A DNA stretch of 63,783 nt, counting the filler, from Choristocarpus tenellus KU-1152 (taxonomy: Eukaryota > Protista > Phaeophyceae): the NCBI GenBank assembly GCA_964200185.2. It is 12 parts of 12 records of this genome, joined end to end, with 100 filler letters (N's around TTAATTAATTAA, not from the genome) between each part and the next. Parts side by side here need not be neighbours in the genome. Positions count along the whole stretch, not along the records: positions 25,588 to 32,169 come from CAXNAD020007818.1; positions 32,270 to 36,683 come from CAXNAD020014668.1; positions 36,784 to 41,607 come from CAXNAD020012927.1; 9 more parts are not named here. One strand, 5' to 3'. A program made the position numbers and the translations under genes. The notes under the pieces are model-generated. The model searched no databases. It was given only the letters and a program-made list of their open reading frames with translations, and was not told the origin of the DNA. Below are positions 25,811 to 38,699 of this stretch, in pieces. Each line of letters begins with the position of its first letter. Within the stretch, counting starts at the first letter, position 1.

Positions 25811-26389
25811 CACCACCACCTACTCCTTCCCCATTCCCAGAGTTGAACCCCTTCTAGTTAATCCTCAGTTTCTCAAAGCCTATGCAAATATGCTTTGTAG
25901 ATTGCCATTTGCGAAAGTAGCGAAACCTTGACCAGGATAGAGGTCAGGAGAATAAAGGAGAGGGTAGGCTCACAAAATCTACTTAGCAGACGTGACGGCA
26001 GAAAGAAGAGAGTGACACTATACCACTACTACTGTGTTGGTAGTTTCTTGTGTCTATATCATTATTAATCTATTCAAGGATTCCTTCACCATGATCACAT
26101 GCAAAGAACAGCTTGGTCATACAGTACCCATGCTGTACTATGTCAAGCCATTAACCAATGCCTTAGGAACTGAAACTCCTAGCTGCCTCAGGAATCAACC
26201 TGACTCCGGACCCCAGTGGTTTTGTCATACAGAGGGCTCCAGGGTAGGGACAGATGAATTGATCCAAGATCATATGATCGGGGTGATCGAGAATTGGCAT
26301 ATGAATGCTAGGCACAGGTATGAGTGAGGCAGAGGATAATCAGGTTGCCTGGTTCCTCAACTCCTGGTCTTTCCCCTCCCCTTCGGATT

Positions 26390-27600
26390 ATTTTGTGAGC
26401 TCCATTTCCCCAACCTGGTGTGGTCTACCATGAAAGAAGGCGGTAACACCTTGCTGTGGACTTTGGAGAAGATATTGAAGGTAGCACACACAGTTGGGGT
26501 CACTGAGTTCTCCAATAGATTGTGTGAAAATGGATTTCTTCACCTTGAAACACACCAACAAGTACAGACACAGATGGCCACAGATTCAGGAGGCCTAGGT
26601 CTATCCTCCATCAGACATCGCAGCATACAACTTTTGGGGGGATCGCTAGTGGCAACTCTCCCTGCCCTCCCGGCCAGCAACAAGGGTCCCATGGAAATGT
26701 TTTTCTTCCGGCCATTTATTTGAGTCCAACGGTCCAGGTCATAGGATCATCGATCCACACCCTTCTCTCACTAGGAGTCCCTTCGGAAGACTTGGGGATT
26801 ACTGGTCGAGGCTTGATGGACTGGGCAGGAATAACAACTCCCAGTCTTGTCCTTGGAGGCTCGCACTATGGTAGAGCTCATTATGCTAGGATTACAAGAA
26901 AGGCACAGCATGAGATCGCCTGCCTCCTGAACAGGATCCGATTCCGATCTTTTCAGGTGCACCTGGTCAACCTTTTGGATGGTGCAGAGGAATAAGAGAA
27001 GAAACGTTCTTCGCTAGCTCTAGCCCACCAAAGGAGCCAGGGTGGACAAGGGGTCAATATATGGACTTCCACACAACCCTTGAAACCAGCATGCCGGATT
27101 CCTTCTCTGGAGTTTAGACTTACCCCCAGCAGATCTCTAGGAAGAGAGGATGCTCTATCCAATAGGTGCTCAAACTGGGTGTAGGTGTAGGAGGCACAGT
27201 GTCAACACCCAACATGCCCGCAACTGCCCTAGGGCGGGAGGACAAGACCGCCAGCACACGCCTATTGTAAAACACCCAGGCCAACTCTGCAGGAGAATAG
27301 ACATGAAGGGAGTCCCTACCCTAGCCACATTGGCACCTACATTCCTACTCACACAAAATCACCACACACCAAAGAAGCATTAATGAATAGAAACCTAATC
27401 AGTCACGCACCATGTCATCGACTCCAATGCCCACAAGGACAAACGGGAGAATCTGTGCTAGGGAAGTGAAGGGGACACCTGTACATTCAGGCAGCAGTAA
27501 GAAATCAGTGTCCAAGCTATTCATCAACTTAGTTCGATTTCTACAGTGAGTGGAAAGCCTGGGGAAGGGGTCCAGTTATGGCTTAATGTTAGAAAAAGTA
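26390..27600 (+). mobile_element. 3' relic of an RLE-type (CRE-like) non-LTR retrotransposon
   Basis: Q....SGGLGLSS, then GCRC....NTQHARNCPRAGGQDRQH (CCHC zinc knuckle followed by an RH-like motif), then decayed RLE-like sequence; frameshifts and stops. Confidence 0.65.
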
Positions 27601-28325
27601 TCGCTAACCTTAAATCTTCCACTCCAGAGTATTCTAGTTGAAACTTACTATCTCTCCGAAGTATCACTTGGTACTATATGCTAGAGCAGTACACGACAGT
27701 CTTGGGATGTAACACCACGAGAGTCCAACAGGTCGCACGCTATTTCGACATTTGAACCTAGCTGTATTTCAAAGTATTAGCTGTACTCTCGGGTAGATTA
27801 TTGTGCTTGCTTGTCTTACCTGGACGATTATAATCTACAGTGGGAAGCTATTGGTCAATATGGAATGACATATCCAAAAATAGAGGATATAAAATAATTT
27901 ACGCTTTAAGAGGTCACAATGTTTTAATCTACCATGTGAAAAGAAGCTCAGCGGCTGCCCCCCATACAGAATAAGACAGACTAGCGACCACCATAAACTA
28001 CTCAAACACAGCAGTACATAGTACAGCTGCTTGGATGCTTGCACACACTCACATTACCGGAAAGTTTATGTTCAAAGTGGTCTATTATCTTCGTGCACTG
28101 GATATATATCTAGAACTCTGCCCCAAGCTCTTACCCAGAGCACTGTTGACTCCATAAGCAGCAAGTAGTGCCAGCAACACCTGACAATCAAGGACATTAT
28201 TATGGCATCGAATAAGGGCATAGAAAGTGTGTCAGAAGCAGGAACCCACATGCACTGTATCTTCCTATGAACTATATGTGGCCTGGCGCTCATCAAAACA
28301 ATAGCAACTCGACACAGTGACTTAC

Positions 28326-31300
28326 AAGAAATATGCCTCCCAACCCCAGTTGTGTCCGCTGTCTCACGCAACCTTTATCCCTGCGCCCCAGAACCGTGCA
28401 TACAAATGTTGTCATCAGCACATCTGTCCCCAGGTGCACAAGAGAGGAGGGCAGTTGAGCAAGGGAAATGGGTAATGGAGGATACAATGCTAGGGCTCAT
28501 CATTGAGCTGCGAGCGCAAAGGTGTTCCTGAACAAGGAACATATTCTACTCCATACAACAAAAATGCAAGGGGTAACATTAGAGCATTAGAGAGAGAGAG
28601 GGTTACCAAGATCATACCAATTTTTCAGTGTTAGTGATCTAGCAAAGAGTCCAACCTAGAAATCTACGTGAAATATGACACATCTGACTGGCTTCATTTT
28701 TATTGTTGTTTGGTGTAAATTCTTCGAGAGATTTATAGGGGATGGGACAGAGGATATGTGGGTTGCACTGACCTTATTGAATGAAGGCATCAGGGGATAA
28801 TATTTTCATCCATATCTCCGAATAGACAAGAATGTGTACAGTCATCACTTGAAATTACGGTTGATTACTTAGTTAATAGCATGGAATCTCATAGTGCTTA
28901 CCTCTCTAAAAGAAAGTGTGGGCATACACCTTGAACGCACATGTGATGACAAACACGAAAATCTCTCCTGTTATGCTCTTTGCCAGCTCATCGACAATAG
29001 AGCACCCAGCAGAGCAGAAGGCGTTCACCTGCAAAGGTAGTAGTTGGGGATGGAATTGAAGGATTAGGTACGTTGCACATTCCGAATGTTGTCATAATAT
29101 TACACAAAAAAAACTTATGGTTATCAACTAGATACAAGACAACATCTGATTATACAACAGACATGTCCATAGCAAGAAGGCTCTATATTCCTCTGGGCTT
29201 CTGCAGGATTACATTACTTTTTTGCTTATTGTGAAATTATGACAATCTCCAAAATTAGCTGTGTTCTCTTCTATCTTATTTTTTTGTGCTCTATTAAAAC
29301 ATCTGTGAAAATGGTAGTGGGCATCAGCCAATAGTGCTTGGTTACCTACGTATCAATCTGTCACATTTTTTATCTCTTCTGTCACAGGTCCTCTCGTGAC
29401 CCGATTTAGGAGGAAACCATGCGCAAGGCTGTACTAAAAATACATCTTAAAATACCTCCATTCATCTTGGGGGAGAGGTGAGAATAAAGTATACCTCTAT
29501 CAGCTGTGTTGCTTCCTCTTCCACTAAATCGATGAACAGGCCCTCCCACTCGAGCTCTTCGCCCTCAACATCGCCGCCACCCTCCAGGGAATACTCCTGT
29601 ATTGGATTGAAATTCCAAAAAACATTAGAGAGTTATGCAAGGAGCAAACTCATGAGAAGAGGGAATAGAATGGGCGTTATGTGCATAGTAGATTGTCATC
29701 CTAAACCAAAAGATCAATTTTCAACCAACTCTTGGATTCCTTCAACCTCAGTACAATTACACCACATGATCTTCAACAATCTGTGCACAGGCACCCAGGA
29801 ATTCTTCACACACCCACCTAGAGAACGGAAAACATGAAGAAACTTTTGCCTGTAATTCTCTGAAGCTATTGAACTCTGTTGGCTTAATTGCTCTCTGGGT
29901 GGTGTGCCAACTACCCATAGAGATTGAGAGGCACATGCACTTACCAAAGGACCCCACATCACCTGAAGTAAAGCATCTGAGGCGATGACCTCCCCTGTCA
30001 GCTGGTCAAACAGTAGACCAGACCCAAACACTGCCTGAAGTGATACGGTCTCCCCATCGGGGTAGGTATCCGAATTTATGGCCTTCAAGATGTCTGAATC
30101 AGTTAGCACCGTATCCTGCAGATTGCACATTTGTCGGTAGTGGCATGCGAGTACGAGAAAGGTTAAAGACTATTGAAGACAATAGTGAACAAGGTAGTCC
30201 TTTCAACCGTTTGAGGTTCAGTGACAGCAACACATAAAAGAGTAAAAAACTGCCTCTTGTGTAGATTATGCTTGTGGTCATATCATGCCTCGAAGGCTAT
30301 ATTCTAGGAATTTCCATCGCTCCACACTTCTAGCAAGGGCTCAAGGGCACGTTTGGAAAATTTTCTTGGAAGTCACGTAGAGGGTGCACAGAACGGACGA
30401 AAGATCCCACACAAAAAACAACGTGACGCAGTTTAGGAGATGGGAGACTCTTGTTCAAACACTGCAACTCAAGGATTTTAATCGCAAGCCAGTTATCTTT
30501 GTCTATCCCAGGACAATATGTACTGCATATTCCGTATGTGTATGTTCTCTAAGTGTTGCTTCTAGTTATTCAGATATGGACCAAACTCGGATAAAAATAT
30601 TTGACAGCAGCGAGAGAAGTGGTTCATGGGATACCTGATACAGTGCATAGTCGTTGGCCCAGAAACGGGTTGGACCTTTGCCAGGTTGGGTGCACGTAAC
30701 CCCATCAAGCTCTTTCTCACATAGATCCACAAATTTGTTACCACTGTCTGTGGGTTTGCGGGACAATGGGATGGGTGGGGCAATTTCTGGGGGTTATGAA
30801 ATGTGTTGAATAGTGCACACACATATTTTCAGGGAGTATGGTGGTTATTGTAAGGTGCCAGTGTGGAAAATCAACAGGAGTGATGTAGCCAAGCAAGGTG
30901 CCCAAGGGCTCCACATCATGATCATAGGTTGTTTCAAAGAGATCCATGGCATGAACTGCTGGGTGCATCATATTTTAGACGCTTACTTTGGGGCGGGCTG
31001 TAAGGTGGTTGCATTTTGGGTTTAACATGCTTTACATTAATCTTGTCACCTCATTTCTTCCATATGAATTGTAGTTGAAAAGAACTTGACTAACATTGCA
31101 AGCGAGTGAACTGCAATATGCTGTTCAGTTTCATGTTCAGGAAACAAGCAAACCTGGATGTCCAAAATCAGGTTGTGAATATCCCACAGTTCATCGAAGG
31201 AAGCTTTGGTTAGGACATTGCCAATTTTGCGCCTTGGAAGTGAGCAGCACAGACGCCGAGCCACCCTCTGCCTCGGTGGCAGCCAATTAAAAGGACAACA

Positions 31301-31845
31301 TTTTGTTAATATGTATTTTGAGTTTTTTTTTACCATACTGCACATATCCAGTAGATCAGGGACGCATTGGAGGTGATGCGCATTACATGTAAGTAAGTGC
31401 ATGCGCAACATGTCAATCAGCAGGTAGTAATTCGGGTCATTGAATCTCTTTGTTAGAGGGAATGATTTAGAAGAGAGTTAAAAAGGGGTATAATCTCAAG
31501 AATGAAGAAAAGAAAAGTTAATTGAGTGAAGGATAGAGCATCCAAGCGCACCTTGGTGGGCATCACACTCACCGTAGGAATGACATCACAAGTTGAGAGG
31601 ATAGCAGCAACCACTTCAAGAAAGTTATTTGTTCATAGGCCAATATCATCTGTTGTTGAAGTAGTATTGAGAGTTTGGTATATATTGCAATGACAGTAAT
31701 ATCCCGTGGAAAAAAATTGCAGTCAGACCATCATGTGTGACATGTAGCATCCTGAGTTCAGGATTCTCACCAGTGCTGAAGGCTGCCTCGATAATCCTCT
31801 GGTTTTTCTTACTCTTAGAGTCCCCCGGCACCCAAAGTTTGTCCC
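28326..31845 (-). pseudogene. Patched/NPC1-family (sterol-sensing domain) gene, frameshifted. Exons: 31845-31771, 31267-31154, 30747-30635, 30115-29963, 29596-29495, 29028-28941, 28423-28326
   Basis: DKLWVPGDS, SVLLTSK..GNVLTKASFDELW, FVDLC, LEWEGLFI, SIVDELAKSITGEIFVFVITYVLMTTFV, RTQLGLGGIFL (luminal loop plus start of SSD). Needs a +1 indel near 31223 and a -1 indel near 30745. Confidence 0.75.
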
Positions 31846-32147
31846 CTGAGAAGATATCAGACCGAGAGGAGGGCGGAGGAACAAGGGATGGGAAGCATGT
31901 TACATTCGTTTTACTCTAGGGCATTGTGGTCCAGGCAGCACCAAGTCGACAAGAGTTCAAAGGCGCTAATACTACCCCATAAGAGTACGGTGTGGTTATA
32001 TCAGCTGAATCACTCATGATACCAACAAAGGACATACGCGGTTAAGTCTTACATACGATGCACAAACACAGACAAGAAGCAAGTTTGCCTTACTCCTGAA
32101 GCCAAAGTACTTAAAATGCAACCTTACCTAAACTCTCATTACTAATG

Positions 32148-32169
32148 GGGTCAAAGTATCTTGGGGGGG
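32148..32169 (+). mobile_element. MITE family A terminus at contig end
   Basis: GGGTCAAAGTATCTTGGGGGGG. Confidence 0.7.
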
Positions 32170-32839
32170 NNNNNNNNNNNNNNNNNNNNNNNNNNNNNNN
32201 NNNNNNNNNNNNNTTAATTAATTAANNNNNNNNNNNNNNNNNNNNNNNNNNNNNNNNNNNNNNNNNNNNATATATAAACGAGGCATTAATGAATGTCTGA
32301 TCAGGATATCATTAGCCTAAGTTTGATAGTATGTGGTCAGCATGCCAATCAAGTTCATGAGGTCGGAGAGTATGGGATCAGCATATCAATCATCCTTAAG
32401 ACTATCGTTTGTGATCCGACATTGCTATATACAAGTGTTATGGCATGATTTTGATCACCACTAAGGACAACAGTTACTTTTAAAGGGATTTTTCTGACAT
32501 GTGAATAGTTTTCATTTTTTTTTCCCTACCAGATCTCCAAAATGTCAGAGGGCATAAGAATAAAAACAATGCACTATAAACGATATGATACAGTAATTTT
32601 TCTGACATGTGAATAGTTTCGTTTTGCTCACGAATTCTTGATTTTATTGGAATTCTGTATTTGCATTCCACTCAATTTCCTCCACTCCATTGTACAACCA
32701 CTTGTGACCAAGCAGTGTGACCTCTTTGCCACTGATTTCCAGTCATCCCCCCACATCCAATGACCATCCGTTACAGGGTGGAAGTCTCAGTAGGACCTCT
32801 ATGTTACATCGCGCCCCTGAACTCACCTCTACAGGATGT

Positions 32840-33540
32840 GTAACTCAAATCCAACGAACTTAAAACGACGCTATGGGAACGTTGCCCTTGATAACAGTTT
32901 GTAGGGTGTCGGGTATCCTTCTGTCTTGATATTCTACTCAGTGCTTAGCTCAAAGCTCTACTCAAAGTTTTGTTGAAGATAAAATATAAGACTGGAGGTA
33001 AGGGTCATAGCTTTGGCCAGAATCCCTCTTGTTATTTTCATTATCCACACAATTTCTTTGGTCTTGTATGCAGCTGCTCTACAAGTACTCCAATCATAAA
33101 CCATTATTCTGCAACTTCTTAAGGACTTTGATATTTTCTTCTCTAATGTTACGTATGTATTCAGAATATTTCCTTTTATCTTATACGAAATCATTATTTA
33201 CTCTGTAAGGCTACCTATGTGATACTAATATCCTATATTGTTCGCACTTGTTAGAACGCGAGAAACAATCCTCACACTATTCGTCTGTCACAAATGTTGA
33301 TATTTCCTGTAACATTAGAAGAAATGATCGCGCTATTCGCCTGTAATATACCTCCCAGCGTGAATCAGCAGTACATGTTTTACTCTTACCACAGGCGATT
33401 GTCACCAGTGAAGACAATAGATATCATCCACCACCTCAGATCATGCTGTTCCAAAAAAGGAGGGAGAGACAAAAAAGATACCGTACTCCTACTAGGTCCA
33501 CAACATCTGTCCTTAACTTCCTTGGGAAACTCTGTTTGCA
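32840..33540 (-). mobile_element. Degenerate retroelement RNase H-like relic (possibly DIRS-like), copy 1
   Basis: Collinear similarity to 35870-36400 (e.g. TACTCCAATCAT...TTATTCTGC.ACTTC; TCGCGCT.TTCGCCTGTAA). Fragments LGGILQ, RIMVYDWST, ..ELS. Confidence 0.35.
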
Positions 33541-33587
33541 TTTAGCCTAATCTGAGGATAATCCATTCTCTCTAAAGTACAGCTTCC

Positions 33588-33768
33588 GGCTCAAAGTATC
33601 TTGGAGGGGGTGGCGGCTGTTTATTTGGGGTCAATTTTTTCATATCGCGATGTTTGGGTGATTTGGTTGCCATACGTCGGATGGATAATGCAAATGTACT
33701 TTTCCCGATTTTGGTTCAAATGGACACCTTCGTGTAGACCCCTCCTATCCCCCCAGATACTTTGGGTC
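33588..33768 (+). mobile_element. MITE family A, complete copy (181 bp)
   Basis: TIRs GGCTCAAAGTATCTTGG...CCCCAGATACTTTGGGTC; flanked by TTCC on both sides. Confidence 0.88.
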
Positions 33769-33809
33769 TTCCCTAGAGTGCCAAGTATCATCTGATTATT
33801 GCCTGTCCC

Positions 33810-34255
33810 AACATCCAATGACCAACCAGTACCACCCCTTCGCCACTGATTTCCTATCACTCCCCATACTAGATGACCAACCAGTACAACCCCTTTCGCC
33901 ACTGACTTTCAGTCACCCCCCACATCTGATGACCAACCAGTCCAACCATTTCTGCCACTGATTTACAGTCACCTACCACATCCGATGACCAACCAGTGCG
34001 ATCCCTTCGTCATTTATTTCCTATCACTCCCCACACCTGGTGACCAACCAGTGCAACCCCTTTCGCTACCGATTCCAGTCACCCCCCACATCTGATGACC
34101 AACCAGTGCAACCCCTTCGCCACTAATTTCCAGTCATCCCCCCCATGCAATGACCAACCAATGCAAACCCCCTTTTTCAATGATTTCCAGTCACCCCTCA
34201 CATCCGATGACCAACCAGTGCAACCTCTTTTTCACTGATTTCCAGTCACCACCCC
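33810..34255 (+). repeat. Minisatellite, ~56-bp unit x8
   Basis: Consensus CACATCCGATGACCAACCAGTGCAACCCCTTTCGCCACTGATTTCCAGTCACCCCC, head-to-tail; a solo copy lies at ~32705-32770. Confidence 0.92.
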
Positions 34256-35869
34256 ACCCTTCAACCCACTCAACCCCACACCACGTACTACTCCACCACA
34301 CCATTCGACACAATTCAACACCATTCAACCCCACACCACTTAACACTCCCCCATTCTAGTCCACAACAACACTCCACAATCATCGAAGAACACCCCTTCA
34401 TCATCCACTTCATACTGTTCCTTTGAAGAAGACATCTAACCCGCCCAAACTCGACCTCCTCTCCCTTTACCCAGCATCCCAATCGATCGTGAGCAAGGGA
34501 AAGTGTTGGTGGGCGGGAGAGCTTGCTTGGAGGTTGTCTTGTTGTAGTTCTCCTCGTACTGTACCACCAGCCCTAGGTTTCTTTACATACCCACCATTCC
34601 TTCTTTCCATATGCCTCCACCTACCACAATTTATTTAACTTCTCTCCTACCCCTTCTGCCTCCTTGCCACTAAGGGCTTAAGTCTTCTTTCACCCCTTGA
34701 CTACATTTTCTTTTTCCTTCCTCACCCTTCCCTTCCTTGTACCACGTTCCTAACAGAATTCTCCCGCCCACAAAACTCAGATTACTTCATACACTTTCCC
34801 CTTTCATTGGATTATCCTTCGAGACACCTCCAAAATGTCAGAGGGGATAATAATATAATAATAGTTTTCATTGTTTTTTCCTCTGACACATCTCCAAAAT
34901 GTGAGATGGCATAATAATAAAAATATTTTTTTTCTTCTGTGATTTATCGATAATAACGTTAGGATACATTGGAGCTTTGCACAGAGAGCAGGCGTTATCT
35001 ATGTGAAGGCTTCGTGGTATAATTGTTAGTGTTCGCCCCTGTCACGGGCGAGATCTGGACTCGTTCCCGGCAAGGTCGTTTTTTACTTTTCATTTCTCGC
35101 CTCTTAATCTTCTTTAGTATCACGAAGCAACCAACTCACACTCGATCAATCGGATATGTTGCCGTAGATAGGGGCATTTGTGTTCCTTGCCTTGCATGCA
35201 CCCTTGATTGATTGGTGTCGTACTGATTGATATTTTATTGATGGGTTTAACTTCAGTAGTCTATATAAATTCAGTGCATGATGCAATGATGATCATAGTC
35301 TTTTTGGAGATAGATGTTGTTATGGAGAAAGAAGACGAAAGAGACAACATGCTTGGGTCTCTGATAGAAGACAATACATCACCTCAAGAAAAGGACAATA
35401 CTATCACAAAAATAGTATAGGATATCTGCCAAGACAAGAGATGAATACACCAATAATATCGAACGAGGAAATACAGAACCAGCGGTTAATTGTAGAACGA
35501 ACAAAGCAAAATACAAACGAGACGCGAGGAATAAAACAGAGAAACTCAATTATCAAATACACGACAAACTCAGAAGCAAGAAAGAACTCAGGTAAGAACA
35601 CAAAGAAATCGATTCAAGTTTGTACCACCATATATCACAACATATGCCAAGATCTAATGCAGGCCCTCAACTTATTTCGTTGCCCTCAAAAGTTGAAAGT
35701 AAAAGAAAATATTGATGTGACATGGAGAACAGAGCATTACAAAAAGAGCACTACATGATCATTTTTAATGATAAATAAGGTTAATGTCACATCAATCAAT
35801 AAAATCATGACAGACGACAGGCAACATACGATAGACGACAGACGACAGACACTTGTTTCAACTTACCTC

Positions 35870-36400
35870 CACAAGATGTACAGCTCTATTCCGACGACCT
35901 TAAATAGACGCTACTGGTGGGGGTACTGTCACAGATGATGACCACGAATGGTGTCAGTTCATGCTTAGCTCAGTCGATGTTTCGCTTTTCGCTTTATCAA
36001 ACGACGGTAAGGATCACAAGTACTGAGCCGTGTGGTCAGCAACTCAGGCTTTTATTAACGTCATCCACCATTTTTCTACAGCCAAAGAGTTAAATGGCAT
36101 CTGCAAACTGCTGTATAAATACTCCAATCATTTATCTTTATTCTGCTACTTCCAGGAGTTGACGTCTATTCTGTGAGGGGATGTATTCATTTCAAATCTT
36201 ACTCTGCATCTTCTATCAATTCAAAGTTCCTCTTGAATGAATTCTTACGTATGTATACTGTTCAGGCATGTTAGCACGCGGAAAGAAATTCTCGCGCTTT
36301 TCGCCTGTAACACACTAGCACCGATTCCAAGGAGTATTGTCCTTGACGTCTTCCATGTGTAGTACCATTCACTGAGAAATTATTAGCTCCTCTTATACAA
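35870..36400 (-). mobile_element. Degenerate retroelement RNase H-like relic, copy 2
   Basis: Diverged paralogue of 32840-33540; GIGASVLQ, RIKINDWS, ..TELS. Confidence 0.35.
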
Positions 36401-36975
36401 CGGAGCATGCATTGTACGAGAAAATAACTTTCCAGCTTCAAGGAGTCTGGTAGTGAAGGTGGGAGTCACCCGGGGTGTGAACATCTTCCAGAGTATCGTG
36501 TGTCGTCATTTGTTTTTGCCTACGGCAGTAGATCATTGGTGCCCAAGCTTGTTGACCATATATACTGCCAATGTAGTAGGTCCTCACGGGTTAATTATAC
36601 CCTGTTGATTGAGCAGCACCCCCTCCCGTTTCTGGACTCGCCTCAACGCATATTATCTTAGAGGTAGGCCTGTTTTAGATATANNNNNNNNNNNNNNNNN
36701 NNNNNNNNNNNNNNNNNNNNNNNNNNNTTAATTAATTAANNNNNNNNNNNNNNNNNNNNNNNNNNNNNNNNNNNNNNNNNNNNTCCCAGTCAATTTTGGG
36801 TCAAGCCCATCCTCAATGAAAAGCTCCATCCTCAATTTTTGAAATCGGCTGTTATTTGTAGATATCACTAACCATTTGATCGGGATGAATAAATTATTTG
36901 TTACGATGAGTCGAGAGAAGAAAAGTGTGTGTTGGTCATCTGTCCCTACCTCATCTTTATACACAACAAATCTTG

Positions 36976-37148
36976 CGTTGTGATTTAACCAGGACGAACA
37001 ATCGTGGACAAATCTTATGATTTAGTAGGAAAGAACAATCTTTCACGAATCTTCTTTGTTTCGATTTAGTAGGAAAAGAACAATCGTGGACAAATCTATG
37101 TTATATGTTGTGATTTTAAGACAAAGAATAATCGTGAAAAATCTTAGG
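36976..37148 (+). repeat. Short degenerate direct repeats (GAACAATCGTGGACAAATCT core, 3-4 copies)
   Basis: Copies at ~36996, ~37033 (partial), ~37078, ~37126. Confidence 0.7.
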
Positions 37149-38699
37149 TTACTAATTGCTATTGTAATTCGATACAGTACTTTGTTCCCTTCAGTTCTAT
37201 GGGTAGTTATAAACACATTACCCCCCTTTCTTTCTAAACACATTATGGAAGCCCCAATAGGGCCGTGCCTACGACGACATCATCTGTAGTGTGTCGTGTT
37301 GGTGTCCATTGACCTTTATCGGTTGAAAAAACGTACCTGAATATTACTCCATGAATTAATATACCCCTTTACATTTTGCAGATGTCAGTGAAAAGGTCAA
37401 ACCAATGTCACCACCCCCGTAGAAGTAGAGCATATACTGGTGATCAGTGGTCGCATTTTGCGTCTCGATACCACCACTACTGCTCTATTTAAAACCTGTA
37501 CAAATATTTGTCTGTACGGCTCGTCGCCTGTGAGACATGTACAAATAATTGTCTTAGCACTCACTCGTGTATGAGAGATGTACAATAACCTCAACACCGT
37601 GGTTGAAAGTTCTGGGCGGCTCGGTAAGTATAAAGGAAGTTTTATGGGTGAGTTGGCAACGCACACAGTTTGGGGGAGAGAAATGGGAGGTTATAGCTAG
37701 AAAGGAGCTGTCAAAATCCCACTTAAGACAGATAATGCTTGTCGCTACATAAGTGGCTCTCTCTAGACATGTCTTGCGTTTCAAGCTAGTGACACCAGGG
37801 AGATGAGCAAGAAGGGGCCTGTGAGATTCTTGGGATGCTTCCCTAGCTCCTCGCCCATTTGTGTAGGGCTAACCTATGTTGGAGGCATAGCAGGATTGTA
37901 TCCATAACATTGCAATTGTGAGCCTTGAAGGGAGTGTTCTAGTACAGCTGGTACTCAAGTAGGAAAGAGTTTTTGGAGAGGTATCTTGCACATTTACAAC
38001 TGTTACTTTTACAGGGGTCCATATGATAGTTGTTTTTTTCCTTGATATGTATGACATGACATGTATGTGTGCAAAACGTCCGAGGGTATAGTAATATATA
38101 TGAAGACGTACAAATAATTGTACGTACCACACTCCTATATACAAAAGATGTACAAAGTGTTTCCTGGTACAATTACATAGGTTTGAATCCTTCCATAATG
38201 ATTTGCCCTTGTCACAAGAAGTTGTACAAATCACAGCGTTGGTTCAACCTTTAGAAGATCAAAGTGATACTTGAATAAAACAGAAAATCTATACTCACAC
38301 GAATTTCGTATGTAAATTGTGAGACAAATATAATACCAATTTACACTGCATAAACATCCAAAAATATTGTCAATAACAAGAAGTCACGATAGCGTGCCAA
38401 TCCCATAACTGTGAGTGAAGGGGATGAAATGTGCAAGGGGTGCCAACTGAATGTAATGCATGAACTATGTACCGTCTATCCTTACACAAAGGGATTGACT
38501 CCCTAACCCTAACCGGAAGGGATCTTCCCACCTGCTCTTACCAGTATTGCCATATATACACCCACGTGTCAAAAATATGTGCAAAGTAGCACATACATAC
38601 ATACACATACGTATTGCGAATTATCTTCTAAGAAAGAGAGAACTTTACAATATGTGGGATGAAGAGTGTTGTCCTCGTGGCCTTCGACACAGTCCTACA

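Noticed and set aside
33810-34255. CRISPR-like array
   Set aside because: The sequences between the conserved cores are homologous to each other, there are no unique spacers and no cas genes, and the context is eukaryotic.
35000-35760. Endogenous giant-virus gene or LTR/gag
   Set aside because: Short AT-rich ORFs with stops, no viral hallmark motif and no paired LTR.
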